A DNA stretch of 64,000 bases, from positions 47,260 through 111,259 of the forward strand of contig JAWODC010000036.1 in NCBI GenBank assembly GCA_046483495.1, given 5' to 3'. The translations under genes were made by a program, and so were the position numbers. Source of the DNA: Desulfobacterales bacterium (GTDB taxonomy: Bacteria > Desulfobacterota > Desulfobacteria > Desulfobacterales > UBA5616). The notes under the pieces are model-generated. The model did no database searches. It was not told the origin of the DNA and saw only the letters and a list, made by a program, of their open reading frames with translations. Numbering within the stretch: the stretch's first letter is position 1; each line of letters begins with the position of its first letter. Positions 1-9,989 of this stretch are shown here, in pieces.

Positions 1-2786
1 AGGCCTCGCAGGATAAACGGCAAAATTCCCCCATGACGGTAATAGGTCATTTCAACCGGCACATCGATACGGGCGGTTACCGTGAATTCGATGGAGGTGC
101 CGCCCGGCACTGCCGCCCGCACCAAGAGGTCTGCGCCGGGTTCGATCCCGTTTTCGATGCCGGTGATGTCGTAAATTTCCGTACCGTCAAGGCCAAGCGC
201 TTCCTGATTTTCGCCCGGCTTGAACTGGAGCGGCAGAACCCCCATACAGACCAAATTGCTGCGGTGAATGCGTTCAAAACTTTCGGCGATTACGGCCCGG
301 ACACCCAACAAGGCAGTCCCCTTGGCCGCCCAATCCCGGGAACTGCCCGTGCCGTAATCTTCTCCCGCAATGATCAGAAGAGGTGTACCCTCCTTTTTGT
401 AAGCCATGGCGGCCTGGTAAATGGACATTTCTTCATTGGTCGGCAAATACCGGGTCCATCCTCCGGTTCTTTCAGGGACAAGCCGATTTTCCAATCGAAT
501 GTTGCCGAAGGTGCCCCGCATCATCACCTCGTGATTACCCCTTCGGGAGCCATAGGAGTTGAATTCTGAAATCGAAACGCCCTGGTTTCTTAAATATTTT
601 CCGGCCGGTGAATCCGGCGGAATGGCCCCGGCCGGGGAAATGTGGTCCGTTGTCACGGTATTGCCCAGCAGCACAAGAACCCGCGCGCCCTTGATATCCG
701 TGAGCGGGGGTACGGTGAGGGTAACGGACTGAAAAAACGGCGGAGGTTTGATATAGGTGGAATTCTCATCCCACTGAAAAACGGCCCCTTTCGGCGTTTT
801 TAACTCGTGCCAGAGTTCCGAACCGTCAAAAACGTCTGCATAGACCTTTTCATACATTTCAGGTGTGATAAACCCGGCTGCCGCTTCTTTCACTTCTTTC
901 ACCGACGGCCAAATATCGCTCAAATACACCGGATTCCCCTCCGGGTCATGCCCGAGGTGCTCATTTTTCAGGTCATAGGCCACATTTCCGGCAAGTGCGT
1001 ATGCCACCACAAGCGGGGGTGAAGCCAGGTAATTCAGCTGGGTAAGAGGAGAAATCCTGCCGGCGAAATTTCGGTTGCCCGACAGCACCGACGCCGCCAT
1101 CAGATGGTTTTCCTGCACAGCCCGCGCAATGGGTTCGCTGATTGCACCGCTGTTGCCGATGCATGTCGTGCAGCCGTATGCCACCGTGTGAAAACCCAGT
1201 GTTTCCAGATACGGCATCAGGCCCGAGGCTTTCAGGTAATCCGTCACCACCCGGGAGCCCGGGGCCATGCTGGTCTTTACCCAGGACTTGGTCCTCAAAC
1301 CTTTTTCAACCGCCTTTTTGGCAAGCAGACCGGCCTGTATCATGACCGCGGGATTGGAAGTATTGGTGCAACTCGTAATGGCGGCGATAATCACGGAACC
1401 ATGAAACAATTTAAATTCCCTACCGTTTATCAGCCTGACCCTCACACCTCGTGAGGAATTGGATACCGTGCAATTCTCGAGTGCGGTATCGGCCGATTCG
1501 GCGATATGCCCGCCTTCATCCTCCCAGTGATGCTCTTGAGCGACCAGGTCCGCCGGATCACCTTGTCCGATTTCACAGGCATGCCTGGTTTCCTGCTCAA
1601 AAACCGATGGCAGCCGGTCAAGAGGGATCCGCTCCTGAGGGCGTCGGGGGCCGGCCAGACATGGGACAACGTCTCCCATGTCGAAATTCACGATATCGGT
1701 ATAATCCGGATCCGGCGTGTTCCTATCCCTAAAAAGCCCCTGAGCTTTCAAGTAGCGTTCAATCAATTCGATGTGGTTTTCAGGCCTGCCGGTAACCCTC
1801 AGATAGGTCAGGGTTTTTTCGTCAACGGGAAAAAATCCTACCGTGGCGCCATACTCCGGTGCCATGTTTGCAATGGTGGTGCGGTCCTCAAGAGGCAGAT
1901 GATCCAGTCCGGGTCCGAAAAACTCGACGAACTTTCCCACCACTCCTTTTTCACGCAGCAATTGGGTTATGGCAAGCACCAGGTCGGTCGATGTAGCACT
2001 GGATGGGAGTTCACCGATCAGATTGAATCCGATCACCTCCGGCGACATGAAATAATAGGGGCGCCCCAGCATCACGGCTTCGGCTTCGATGCCGCCCACG
2101 CCCCATCCCAAAACGCCGGCTCCGTTTATCATGGTGGTATGCGAATCCAACCCCACCAGCGTATCCGGAAACGCCAGAATTTCACCGCCGATGGATTTCG
2201 TGAATACCACCCGTGCCAAATATTCCAGGTTTACCTGATGAACGATACCCGTATCCGGGGGAATCACCTTCAAATTTTTAAAACTGTTATGCCCCCATCT
2301 TAAAAATGTGTATCGTTCGGCATTTCGTTCAAATTCTTTTTTTACATTCAATTCCCTGGCTTGCGGTGTGCCGTATTCATCAACCTGAACCGAATGGTCG
2401 ATGACCAACTCCGCCGGCACGTTAAGCCTCACCCTCATTGGATCGCCGTAGAGGCGTCCGGCCGCGTCACGCATGGCGGCAATGTCGGCCACGGCAGGAA
2501 CACCGGTAAAATCCTGCAGCAGTATTCGGGCCGGCATGAACGGTATTTCAAACAACTCCTGCGAGCCGGGGCGCCATCGGGCAAGCCGGGCCACCTGGGA
2601 TTCGGTTATCGTATCGCCGTCTTCGCTTCGAATCGCATTTTCCAATAAAATTTTGATAGAAAACGGCAACCGGTGAATGCCGTCAAAACCCGATTGGGAA
2701 AACGTGTCGAGATCATAATAAACAACGGACTGCGTCCGGGTGATTAACTTTTCCAGAACGCCGAACCGGTTTCTCAAACCCGCCAT
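1..2786 (-). CDS. acnA: Aconitate hydratase A (3' end truncated by window edge)
   Basis: Manual translation of the minus strand from ATG 2786 (GGAGG RBS) stays open to position 1. Motifs: RLPFSIKILLEN, QDFTGVPA, DSHTTMING, AAITSCTNTSNP, GCTTCIGNSG, TTDHISPAG, GSSRDWAAKG. Absent from the ORF track because the stop lies outside the window. Confidence 0.97.
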   Translation of the reverse strand, partial: MAGLRNRFGVLEKLITRTQSVVYYDLDTFSQSGFDGIHRLPFSIKILLENAIRSEDGDTITESQVARLARWRPGSQELFEIPFMPARILLQDFTGVPAVADIAAMRDAAGRLYGDPMRVRLNVPAELVIDHSVQVDEYGTPQARELNVKKEFERNAERYTFLRWGHNSFKNLKVIPPDTGIVHQVNLEYLARVVFTKSIGGEILAFPDTLVGLDSHTTMINGAGVLGWGVGGIEAEAVMLGRPYYFMSPEVIGFNLIGELPSSATSTDLVLAITQLLREKGVVGKFVEFFGPGLDHLPLEDRTTIANMAPEYGATVGFFPVDEKTLTYLRVTGRPENHIELIERYLKAQGLFRDRNTPDPDYTDIVNFDMGDVVPCLAGPRRPQERIPLDRLPSVFEQETRHACEIGQGDPADLVAQEHHWEDEGGHIAESADTALENCTVSNSSRGVRVRLINGREFKLFHGSVIIAAITSCTNTSNPAVMIQAGLLAKKAVEKGLRTKSWVKTSMAPGSRVVTDYLKASGLMPYLETLGFHTVAYGCTTCIGNSGAISEPIARAVQENHLMAASVLSGNRNFAGRISPLTQLNYLASPPLVVAYALAGNVAYDLKNEHLGHDPEGNPVYLSDIWPSVKEVKEAAAGFITPEMYEKVYADVFDGSELWHELKTPKGAVFQWDENSTYIKPPPFFQSVTLTVPPLTDIKGARVLVLLGNTVTTDHISPAGAIPPDSPAGKYLRNQGVSISEFNSYGSRRGNHEVMMRGTFGNIRLENRLVPERTGGWTRYLPTNEEMSIYQAAMAYKKEGTPLLIIAGEDYGTGSSRDWAAKGTALLGVRAVIAESFERIHRSNLVCMGVLPLQFKPGENQEALGLDGTEIYDITGIENGIEPGADLLVRAAVPGGTSIEFTVTARIDVPVEMTYYRHGGILPFILRG

Positions 2787-3068
2787 AAACGCCTCCTGCA
2801 CGACGAGCGAAAGTTGACTGGTAAAAGAAAATTATCTTTTTCATTACTATTACTTACAATAAAAAACTTTACAAGGATTTACAATGCCAATTTTTTCGTC
2901 ATGCAACCCTTCAGCCTCTGGCTTCGGGCTCGTTTTTATAACCGGTGGGTACACCAAACCTCCGGCATACGAAATTTTTTCTTGAAATATGCATCCATAA
3001 ATGAAAAATTCTATCTGTTGCCCCGGATATTCAATCAAACACTTACATACGCGTGTATGGCTGTAAAC

Positions 3069-3332
3069 ATGACAAAAGACGATATGACCGATCAAAAAAC
3101 AACAACACGACCCCGGACCGCCCTCGACCACATCTGGAATCCGACACCCACGGATGTGAACGTCGCCAGAATCGTTCTATGGATTTGCATTATTCTAACA
3201 CTGGTTCTGCCGCAAGTGGTGGAGGATTTATCGAACAACCAGACATGGCATTTTATTTCCATCGGTTCCATTTTTCTGGCGTTTGCAATTCGAATAGTCA
3301 TGCAGGTCAGGCTCTCATCGAGGCGTGACTGA
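3069..3332 (+). CDS. Small hypothetical membrane protein (two predicted TM helices)
   Basis: C-terminal part of ORF 2814..3332, with two hydrophobic stretches (IVLWICIILTLVL; FISIGSIFLAFAI). Start at 3069 or 3084 is uncertain. Confidence 0.6.
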   Translation: MTKDDMTDQKTTTRPRTALDHIWNPTPTDVNVARIVLWICIILTLVLPQVVEDLSNNQTWHFISIGSIFLAFAIRIVMQVRLSSRRD

Positions 3333-3705
3333 ATGTCAAATGTTGCGCTCTTGCCCTGCGCTTCGCTCAGAGGCCTTTTCGCAGTTTTGAGCCGCGGGGA
3401 ACCGTTCGGTCGTATACCTTTTTTTCTCATAAGAATTTCATCGCTTTTTTTTCATTGAAATCACAATCGGGATTGTTTCGATCAGCGGGTGCCAAGCAGT
3501 CGGAACGCCTCAATGCGTCGAGCAAATCGGTGCTAATTGTTTTGTCATTTTCTTTGGAATCTGGTATGTTTTTAATTTTATGAGTGATGTTTTCAATGGA
3601 TGCCGTTCACAAAATGGGTTCTATGCAGTCCATTCGCCGTGCCGATACACATCTTCCGGGCAAGCCCGATAAGTACCATCAATGAAATAGGAGCTCGAAA
3701 CAGAT

Positions 3706-5331
3706 ATGACGCACAACATGACCGAATACGATCAGACCTACGCCCGGTTTACATTGGAGGTCCCGGAATATTACAACTTCGCCGCCGACGTCATCGAACG
3801 ATGGGCGCTCGATCCCGATAAAACGGCCATGCTGTGGTTGGATGATGAGGGCCGTGAGGTTCGAAAAACGTTTGACGACATCTCCAGGGCATCCAAACGG
3901 CTGGCCAATGCACTGAAAAAGCGAGGCGTCAAAAAAAAAGACGTGGTCATGCTTATTCTGCCGAGGAATATCGAATGGTGGGAGGCCCTTACCGCCTGCA
4001 TTCGCATGGGCGCCATAGCCGCACCCGGCACTACTCAGCTATCGCCGAAAGATCTGGAATACCGTGCCAATGCGGCCAATGCGGCCTGCATCATAACCAA
4101 CCACGAAATCGGGGCGAAATTCGAAACGGTTGCTGACCGCTGTCCATCCGTTAAAAACAAAATCATCATATCGGAACCCAGGGACAAGTGGCTCTTCTAC
4201 GACGACGAGAAAGCCGCGGCCTCGGATGAATTCAAGCCGGTAAAGACCAAAAGCCAAGATCCCTGTCTCGTTTATTTTACCTCCGGAACCGTCGGAAACC
4301 CCAAAATGGCCCTGCATACCCATGCCTCATATCCTATCGGACACCAGGTCACCGGCAGGTTTTGGCTGGATTTGACACCTGACGATTTGCACTGGAATCT
4401 TACCGATACAGGATGGGCAAAGGCCGCGTGGAGCAGTTATTTCGGTCCGTGGTCCTGTGGTGCCGCCATATTTGTTCACCATTCCGAACGGTTCGATCCC
4501 ACCCGGACATTGCAGCTGCTGGAAAAGTACCCCATCACCACATTGTGCGGATCACCGACTCTCTACCGAATGCTGGTTTTGAAGGAAGTCCACACTTTCC
4601 AATTTTCCGCACTTCGTCATTGCGTCGGTGCAGGCGAACCGCTGAACCCCGAAATTATAGAGGTGTGGAAGGCGGACACCGGCCTCACCATCAGGGATGG
4701 GTACGGCCAAACCGAAACAACGCTGTTAGTGGCAAATTTCCCCTGCATCGAACCCCGTTTCGGTTCTATGGGAAAACCGTCTCCCGGCTTCGAGGTCCGT
4801 GTTGTCGATGATGAAGGGAACATATTGCCGTCGAATACAGAGGGAAATATCGCCATCCGGGTCAAGCCCCATCGCCCGGTGGGTCTTTTCAAGGAATACT
4901 GGGGGGAACCGGATCGAACCGCATCTGTCTTTCTTGGAGACTGGTATCTCACGGGAGACCGGGCGCGCGTGGATGAAGACGGGTATTTTTGGTTTATCGG
5001 CCGGTCCGATGACGTGATTTTGTCGTCGGGGTACCGCATCGGCCCTTTTGAAGTCGAAAGTGCGCTGATCCGGCACCCGGCCGTTGCCGAATCCGCCGTG
5101 GTTTCGAGCCCGGATGCAATCCGCGGAGAAGTTGTCAAGGCGTTTGTGGTCCTGACCCCCGAGTATAAGCCAAGCGACGATCTGATAAAAGAGCTTCAGG
5201 AACACGTAAAAAAAGAAACCGCACCCTACAAACATCCCCGGAAAATCGAGTTCGTCGATTCCCTCCCAAAAACGGTGTCCGGCAAAATCAGGCGCTTCAC
5301 CCTCAGAAACAGGGAATGGAGCAGAATGTGA
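3706..5331 (+). CDS. AMP-forming acyl-CoA synthetase (medium-chain/ACSM-like)
   Basis: YFTSGTVGNPK P-loop, GYGQTET, TGDR, RSDDVILSSGYRIGPFEVES, PKTVSGKIRR; AGGAG RBS. Confidence 0.93.
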   Translation: MTHNMTEYDQTYARFTLEVPEYYNFAADVIERWALDPDKTAMLWLDDEGREVRKTFDDISRASKRLANALKKRGVKKKDVVMLILPRNIEWWEALTACIRMGAIAAPGTTQLSPKDLEYRANAANAACIITNHEIGAKFETVADRCPSVKNKIIISEPRDKWLFYDDEKAAASDEFKPVKTKSQDPCLVYFTSGTVGNPKMALHTHASYPIGHQVTGRFWLDLTPDDLHWNLTDTGWAKAAWSSYFGPWSCGAAIFVHHSERFDPTRTLQLLEKYPITTLCGSPTLYRMLVLKEVHTFQFSALRHCVGAGEPLNPEIIEVWKADTGLTIRDGYGQTETTLLVANFPCIEPRFGSMGKPSPGFEVRVVDDEGNILPSNTEGNIAIRVKPHRPVGLFKEYWGEPDRTASVFLGDWYLTGDRARVDEDGYFWFIGRSDDVILSSGYRIGPFEVESALIRHPAVAESAVVSSPDAIRGEVVKAFVVLTPEYKPSDDLIKELQEHVKKETAPYKHPRKIEFVDSLPKTVSGKIRRFTLRNREWSRM

Positions 5332-5422
5332 ATCGAAGGGCCGGAAAACCAAAACAAGCTGCATAAGAAGATGCGGCGTTTTTCGTTTTCCGGGTGAGGT
5401 CGGCCGGTTTTTTCTCAAACGG

Positions 5423-6556
5423 TTGGATAATAGGAATAATATACCATTGGTTTCCATCGAATCATTCGTCACAGCAGCTGAATGTCAGAAAAAGCGTTTT
5501 GCAGAACCGCCTTCAGACGGGAAAAGATACATCGGCTATTTCTGCACCTATACGCCCGTGGAACTTATCCATGCTGCCGGCTTTGTTCCCGTTCGCCTGA
5601 TCGGCGAAACCGCGAGAATATTTCGGGCGGATGCTCTGACGCCAAGCTTCATCTGCCCTTTTTTGAGGCGCCTTACGGAAGACGCATACCATGGCAATTA
5701 CCGTTTCCTCAGCGGCGTGATCCAGGGGTATACCTGCGATGCAGCCTGCGGCATGATCAATGTTTGGGCGGAAAACATCGGCGGCGAAATATTTCACAGC
5801 CTCCCGATCCCCTACACCGATTCTTCCGAAGCCGGAAATTTTTTCAGGTCGGCCCTTTTGGAATTAACCGAAAAGCTGAATCGGGCCGGGGGAACTTACA
5901 CGGAAGAATCTCTGGCGCATTCAATGGTGCTTTACGGGAAAATTCGACAGCTGTTGTTGAATTGTTACAGCATGAGATATGAAGGCCGGCTGCCGCTGAG
6001 TGCCGGAGAATTTCTCACCGTTATTCGGGCCGGATTTGCCATGGCTCCCGAAGATTACCTGGTCGATTTGGAGAGGCTCACGGCAGAATGCAAAACAGCC
6101 GATCATCTTCCGAAAAGCGGCATTCCCGTCCTGGTATCCGGAAGTGTGATCGAGACGCCCCAAGTGCTCGAACTGCTCGAAACATCCGGTGGCCGCGTCG
6201 TAGCCGATGATCTCTGCACGGGTTTTCGCCATGCATATCCGGCAAACGGTGAAGGCAAAAGGCCGTTGGACCGACTGATAAACCGCCATATGAATCGTCT
6301 TCCATGCCCTTCACGAGTGAGGGCGATAGAAAGAGCGCCCCGGCTGCTCGACCGGATTCGACAATCCGGTGCAAAAGGGGTGGTGTTTATGTTGCAGAAA
6401 TTCTGTACTCCCCATCTGGCGGATCTGCCCATCCTTACCGACGAACTGAAAAAAGCCGGGCTGCCGGCCCTCATCTTCGAAATGGATGAAACCGGCTCGA
6501 TGGAGGGACAGCTGCGAACCCGCCTCGAAAGTTTTTTCGAAATGATTGAGGAGTGA
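5423..6556 (+). CDS. 2-hydroxyacyl-CoA dehydratase / benzoyl-CoA reductase family subunit (HgdB/BcrC-like)
   Basis: GYFCTYTPVELIHAAG, FICPF, TCD, VVADDLCTG, QKFCTPH, QLRTRLESFFEM. TTG start. Confidence 0.88.
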   Translation: MDNRNNIPLVSIESFVTAAECQKKRFAEPPSDGKRYIGYFCTYTPVELIHAAGFVPVRLIGETARIFRADALTPSFICPFLRRLTEDAYHGNYRFLSGVIQGYTCDAACGMINVWAENIGGEIFHSLPIPYTDSSEAGNFFRSALLELTEKLNRAGGTYTEESLAHSMVLYGKIRQLLLNCYSMRYEGRLPLSAGEFLTVIRAGFAMAPEDYLVDLERLTAECKTADHLPKSGIPVLVSGSVIETPQVLELLETSGGRVVADDLCTGFRHAYPANGEGKRPLDRLINRHMNRLPCPSRVRAIERAPRLLDRIRQSGAKGVVFMLQKFCTPHLADLPILTDELKKAGLPALIFEMDETGSMEGQLRTRLESFFEMIEE

Positions 6557-6557
6557 C

Positions 6558-7811
6558 ATGCACAAAAGCGGAAAATCCCGAAAGCGCCTTAAGACGGCAA
6601 AAGACTTGAACCGATTGGTGGCCGATTTCTACGTGGAGTGCAACACCGCAAAGGCGACCGGCAAGCCCGTCGGATGGATGCCGCCGATGAACGGGGTGAT
6701 CGAAATCTTTTATGCGATGGACCTGCAGCCGGTATTCCCGGAAAACTGGTCCCCGGTATGTGCCGCCTTCGGCCTCACTCCCGAACACTTCGACATCAGT
6801 GAAAGCCTGGGATATTCGCGTGATTTGTGCGGATACCTTCGCAATATTGTCGGATATGTCCACAGTGACATGAACAGCGAAACGGTTCCTCTTGGAGGAC
6901 TTCCCGAGCCGGATATCATCTTAACCCCCGGTGGGGGCTGCATCCCCGTGATGAAAATTTTTCATGCCCTGGAACGCCGGTTTCCCGAAGCCCGCGTGTT
7001 TACCGGCGATCTGCCCCAGGTGGCCGTAGATGATATCAAGCCGTATCATCTGGCATTTGCACTCAGCGAAATGAACCGCCTGATCGATTTTCTGACTGAA
7101 ACCACGGGGCGCAAGCTGGATGAGGACCGACTAAGGGAAACCGTGCGGTTATCCGACCGTGCATGCGCCTTGTGGGACGAGATCATGAGCTTCCGACGAT
7201 TTATTCCCACACCGATTTCCGCTGCCGAAATCGGCATTATGTTCGTGATGGTGACCCGTCAGGGCACACAAACAGCCGTGGATTACCTGACCCGGGTCCG
7301 CGATGAAGTGCGGGAGCGGGCCGAAAACGGCATCGGCATGATCGAAGAAGAAAAAATACGGCTGTTCTGGGACAACATTCCCTTGTGGTATCACATGGGA
7401 ATTTTCAACTATTTCGAAAAAATGGGCGGGGTGGTGGTTGCCGAGACCTATTCGGCGGCATGGTCCCTGCGGTTGGATCCCGATCATCCCTTTGAAAGCC
7501 TGGCCCGAAAATCCCTGATGTCCTATCCGCTGGTTTCCTGTGTTTCCATCGATCGGCGCAAGGAAATGGTGCTGAACGCCTGCAGACAGTACGCCATTGA
7601 CGGCGCCATATTGCACCGGAACAAGTCTTGCGTACCCATTTCCCTGGGCCAAATGGATATCAAGCGGGCCCTTGAGGAAGAATTGGGAATTCCTTCGGTG
7701 ATTATCGATGCCGATCATATGGACCACCGGAATTTTTCCGCCGCCCAGTTCGAAACACGGGCCGACGCCTTCATGGAAATGCTCTTGGAAAAGAAAGGAT
7801 TGAACCTCTGA
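6558..7811 (+). CDS. 2-hydroxyacyl-CoA dehydratase / benzoyl-CoA reductase family subunit (HgdA/BcrB-like)
   Basis: FPENW, GYSRDLCGY, GGLPEPD, NKSC, DADHMDHRNFSAAQFETRADAFMEM; GAGGAG RBS before ATG 6558. Confidence 0.88.
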   Translation: MHKSGKSRKRLKTAKDLNRLVADFYVECNTAKATGKPVGWMPPMNGVIEIFYAMDLQPVFPENWSPVCAAFGLTPEHFDISESLGYSRDLCGYLRNIVGYVHSDMNSETVPLGGLPEPDIILTPGGGCIPVMKIFHALERRFPEARVFTGDLPQVAVDDIKPYHLAFALSEMNRLIDFLTETTGRKLDEDRLRETVRLSDRACALWDEIMSFRRFIPTPISAAEIGIMFVMVTRQGTQTAVDYLTRVRDEVRERAENGIGMIEEEKIRLFWDNIPLWYHMGIFNYFEKMGGVVVAETYSAAWSLRLDPDHPFESLARKSLMSYPLVSCVSIDRRKEMVLNACRQYAIDGAILHRNKSCVPISLGQMDIKRALEEELGIPSVIIDADHMDHRNFSAAQFETRADAFMEMLLEKKGLNL

Positions 7812-7816
7812 ACCCC

Positions 7817-8605
7817 ATGTATGTCGCCGGAATCGATATCGGCTCCCTCAGCACGGACGTCGTCGTCCTCGATCGAAATGCACATGTCGTATCATACTGC
7901 GTAACGCCCACCGGCGCCAACAGCAAGGCTGCCGGAGAAAGAGCATTTCAATTTGTGCTAAAACGAGCCGCGCTCTCCCCCGAGGCCGTTCAATATATCG
8001 TTGCCACGGGTTATGGTCGTGTCAGCGTGCCCTTCGCCCATAAAGCCGTGACGGAAATCACCTGCCATGCGCGGGGAGCTCATCACCTGTTTCCCCGAAC
8101 CGGGACCGTCATCGATATCGGCGGACAGGACAGCAAGGTCATTCGATTGACCCGCCGGGGCAAGGTGTCGGATTTTGCCATGAATGACAAATGCGCCGCC
8201 GGCACCGGACGCTTTCTGGAGGTCATGGCGAGGGCGATGGAAATCGAACTGGAAGACATGGGGCGCCTTTCCCTCTGCTCCACCCGTGATGTCCCGGTCA
8301 GCAGCATGTGTACGGTTTTTGCTGAATCCGAGGTAATTTCACTGGTCGCCCGGGCCGTGCCCAAAGAAGATATCATTAAAGGAATCCACACGGCCATTGT
8401 TTCACGCATAAGGGGAATGATGGACCGGATCAAGACGGAACCGGAATTGACCATGACAGGGGGTGTGGCCAAAAACATCGGCATCGTAAACACCATCAGC
8501 ACCCTGTCTGGTAATCCGATCAATGTGCCGGAGGAGCCGCAAATCGTCGGTGCCTTAGGCGCAGCATTAATCGCCCGGGACGCGCTTGATGCCGAAACCC
8601 AATGA
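7817..8605 (+). CDS. ATP-dependent dehydratase activase (HgdC/BadF/BadG/BcrA/BcrD ASKHA family)
   Basis: GIDIGSLST, ATGYGR, EITCHARGA, DIGGQDSK, MNDKCAAGTGRFLE, SSMCTVFAESE, GGVAKN. Confidence 0.95.
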   Translation: MYVAGIDIGSLSTDVVVLDRNAHVVSYCVTPTGANSKAAGERAFQFVLKRAALSPEAVQYIVATGYGRVSVPFAHKAVTEITCHARGAHHLFPRTGTVIDIGGQDSKVIRLTRRGKVSDFAMNDKCAAGTGRFLEVMARAMEIELEDMGRLSLCSTRDVPVSSMCTVFAESEVISLVARAVPKEDIIKGIHTAIVSRIRGMMDRIKTEPELTMTGGVAKNIGIVNTISTLSGNPINVPEEPQIVGALGAALIARDALDAETQ

Positions 8606-8716
8606 GGTCCGCCGGCCGGAGCCGACCGCCGATTCTGCTCCGGTGCTGTGGACCTGTCACTCGTACTTGTGTATGATGCAAATTCCGTTTTACACTTCAA
8701 ATCAAGGAGGACCAAG

Positions 8717-9958
8717 ATGACAATGTGGATGTCGCCCTTACCCGTACGGGATGCCTACGACCTTCTCACGCGAAAACTGGCGTATCCCGCTTCGGAAACA
8801 CTAAGAAAAATCCTCGAAAGCGTCATGAGCCCGGAAGAGGCCCAACTGCTCATCAAGATGCCGGCCACAATCGATTCACTCGCCGAAAAAGTGAAACGCG
8901 ACCCGAAAATCGTCGGCGAAGAGGTCGAACGGATGTTCTTCGCCGGCCTTATTATCGAAATGCCGGGATCCGACGGCACGCCCACGTATTCCACCCCGAT
9001 CCCTTATTGTATCGAGACCGCCAGTGACCATATGATGTGGGCGATCGGCGGCAATGATGTGACGAAATCGGGCAACATCACCGCACAGGATTTATGGGAT
9101 CTGCTGGATGAAAAGACCCTTCAACTATGCGGTCTCTGGAATAAGTTCTTCTACGAGGAGTGGTACCGGTGGCAGCGCCCCAATGAACTCGTGCACCGCA
9201 CAATGGCCATGCTCGGCGGTGCGGAGGGGTTAGCCCACACGTTTGGGATTATGCCCGCTATCCGGTCATTGGAGAAGAGCGAGGCCCTCGGCACGGAGAT
9301 ACTTCACGAATGGGATCTGCGGGAATTCGCAAGAAGGGGCGAAAAGGGCATTTATACCCGCGTCTGCACGTGCCGAACCCGGGCACGCGGATGTGACTTT
9401 CCGCTCTGGGTTTGCGGCGCCGTATTCGACGGCATGCCCGGGCGGGATGTCAACGCCGAAATTCAGGCGGACCGAAGGCAGCAACTCCACAAGTATTCCG
9501 GCGAGGAGTGGCTGGAAGTCATGATCCTCGGGGAAGAGGACCACATGATGGTCCACATGGGCGATGCCTGGATGAACGGCTGCAACTGCTGCCGGGATTG
9601 CTGCAATTGGCTGAATCCCCTCCGCATGTATACCGAACCATGGGAAGGTGTGCACCCCGGGCCTTACCGGGCCGTGGTCAATACCGGGATCTGCGAAAGC
9701 TGTACCTCGAACTGCATACCACGATGCGCCTTCAACGTGATAAAGGCCGTAAAAGACCCGTCCACGAATAAAGTGACGCCGTACATCGACCCGGACAAAT
9801 GTGTCGGCTGCGGGCAATGTGTCGTCGGTTGCAAGGTTGAAGGGGCCATCAAAATGGAGCTGGCCGAGGCGGCCGGTGCCCATGTCCCGCCCATGGGAGG
9901 CCGGGCAAAGCTGCCGGACAATCTTCCGGGATTCAAGCCTAAAATCCCAAGACCATAA
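8717..9958 (+). CDS. Multi-Fe-S protein (N-terminal helical/wHTH-like region, CxCR and CNCCxxCC motifs, C-terminal 4Fe-4S dicluster)
   Basis: AAGGAGG RBS before ATG 8717; CTCR..C, CNCCRDCC, CESCTSNCIPRC, CVGCGQCVVGC. Confidence 0.85.
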   Translation: MTMWMSPLPVRDAYDLLTRKLAYPASETLRKILESVMSPEEAQLLIKMPATIDSLAEKVKRDPKIVGEEVERMFFAGLIIEMPGSDGTPTYSTPIPYCIETASDHMMWAIGGNDVTKSGNITAQDLWDLLDEKTLQLCGLWNKFFYEEWYRWQRPNELVHRTMAMLGGAEGLAHTFGIMPAIRSLEKSEALGTEILHEWDLREFARRGEKGIYTRVCTCRTRARGCDFPLWVCGAVFDGMPGRDVNAEIQADRRQQLHKYSGEEWLEVMILGEEDHMMVHMGDAWMNGCNCCRDCCNWLNPLRMYTEPWEGVHPGPYRAVVNTGICESCTSNCIPRCAFNVIKAVKDPSTNKVTPYIDPDKCVGCGQCVVGCKVEGAIKMELAEAAGAHVPPMGGRAKLPDNLPGFKPKIPRP

Positions 9959-9989
9959 CCGATAACCCAACCATCACTATTTCGACCCT

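Noticed and set aside
860..911. Suspected frameshift in acnA, since it is missing from the ORF track
   Set aside because: A codon-by-codon check shows the frame continues (DIWPSVKEVKEAAGFITPEMY); the gene simply lacks a stop inside the window.
33..2676. Several plus-strand ORFs (33..569, 1506..2303 and others)
   Set aside because: They are antisense shadows of acnA, which occupies the minus strand in one open frame.
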